NCBI RefSeq assembly: GCF_006345805.1
Contig: NC_043020.1
Coordinates: forward strand, 18,414,001 to 18,478,000
From: Octopus sinensis
Lineage: Eukaryota
Direction: 5' to 3'
DNA length: 64,000 nucleotides
A program made the translations under genes and the position numbers. The notes under the pieces were generated by a model. The model saw only the letters and a program-made list of their open reading frames with translations. It searched no databases and had not been told where the DNA came from. Below, in pieces: positions 62,951-64,000 of the stretch (positions are counted from its first letter, which is position 1; every line of letters begins with the position of its first letter).

Positions 62951-64000
62951 TAGTCCAGCAATTTGATACCTATGTAATTACCTCTCTGTCAAAATTCTCC
63001 TTTAGTCTGTGTGTTTTAACTAGTGATGCATGACTAACATTTTTTATATCAACCTACTTGTGACTACTCTTGGTCCTGTCATACAAATTTCCTGTTTAAA
63101 GTGATTTAAACTAAAACCTACTTTCAAAACTTCATATTAATTTATATTCCAAACACTAGCTCAATAACAACAAAGTTATTTTGCTAAATTCTTTATTATT
63201 TCTAAGATTAATTGAAACAAATGCATCTCAATATAAATTTGGTATCAAGAGTTAAAATTTCAGATGCTGATGTCTGTAGCATATTTTTTGAAGATTAGTG
63301 TGTGTGTGTGTGTGTGTGTGTGCATTGTGCAGTCATGCATGCATATCTCTCTTAGTGGAAACCTGTACATGAAACAAAATATATTTATTATGGACTTGAA
63401 ATAGATTGTCTGAAAAGCTATCAGATATCAGACACACCATGTTTGTTACAGTTTTTGCTCAAGTTCAGGCCTATATTCATTTTCCTTTTTTCCTTTTTCC
63501 TGGGTTTTATTGTCTGACCCGATATTCCAATATTTTATCTGTAGAATTTTTCAAGCATCTCATAAATGATTAAATTAGGTTTCCTGCTTTTTCTTTATCA
63601 CTTTATGCTTTGTACTGTTAATGCTCTTAATATGTAGGTTATATCTATTTTAAACTATGCTTGGTCATGAAAAATAGATATGATTAAAAACAAACAAAAT
63701 TGAAGGAAAATATGTAGAAACAGCATAAATGAGAACAAAATATATTCTTTGATATTTAACCATTTATATTGAATCTCAGTAATATTTGTTTTCTCTTTCC
63801 ATTGATGTTTTTGGGAAGATTAAACCGTTTCAGATTCTGGAATAGTTTTAATGTATAATGAGTACAAAACCATTTAAGTTAAATTAGTAAGCACAGAAGA
63901 CTTTTTCAAACTATCACCTACTTTTTGGTTCTTCAGTACTCCTTTCTTCCTTGTTTTGATTGGATCACGCAACACTTTAGATTAGAATGGTTTCTAACAT

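Noticed and set aside
63922-63974. Possible minus-strand exon LRDPIKTRKKGVLKNQK (aag acceptor, gtaggt donor)
   Set aside because: Weak polypyrimidine tract, at the window edge, and its phase cannot be tied confidently to other candidate exons.

Overview
AT-rich, repeat-dense eukaryotic DNA. The SINE, RTE-tail and (TA)/(TACA) microsatellite content looks like a coleoid cephalopod (Octopus-like); this is inferred from the repeats, not from a search. One well-supported gene is present: an MFSD9-like major-facilitator transporter on the minus strand, with six coding exons (20790-20713, 13508-13421, 9663-9620, 6321-6192, 3434-3225, 1097-712). All have GT/AG sites and consistent phases, give 312 codons, and the gene continues past the window start. 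A second, unidentified gene appears to start divergently at about 35.2 kb (NRF1/YY1-like motifs, ATG at 35763, strong donor at 35948). Its next exon was not found. The rest is mostly transposon debris: several SINE families; R4/Dong-, CR1- and RTE-type LINE fragments; Tc1, mariner and maT (DD37D) transposases; hAT- and TTAA-type MITEs; three non-autonomous Helitrons; and several long palindromes. I found no clearly new protein-coding system. The best leads are an exon whose 3' splice site lies inside a retrotransposon-targeted (AAT)n tract with a second in-frame AG, a perfect 96-bp-arm palindrome and related Penelope/hammerhead-like motifs, an unclassified long-TIR element, and a 3x171-bp array next to the second promoter. 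Boundaries of repeats are approximate unless termini or TSDs are quoted.
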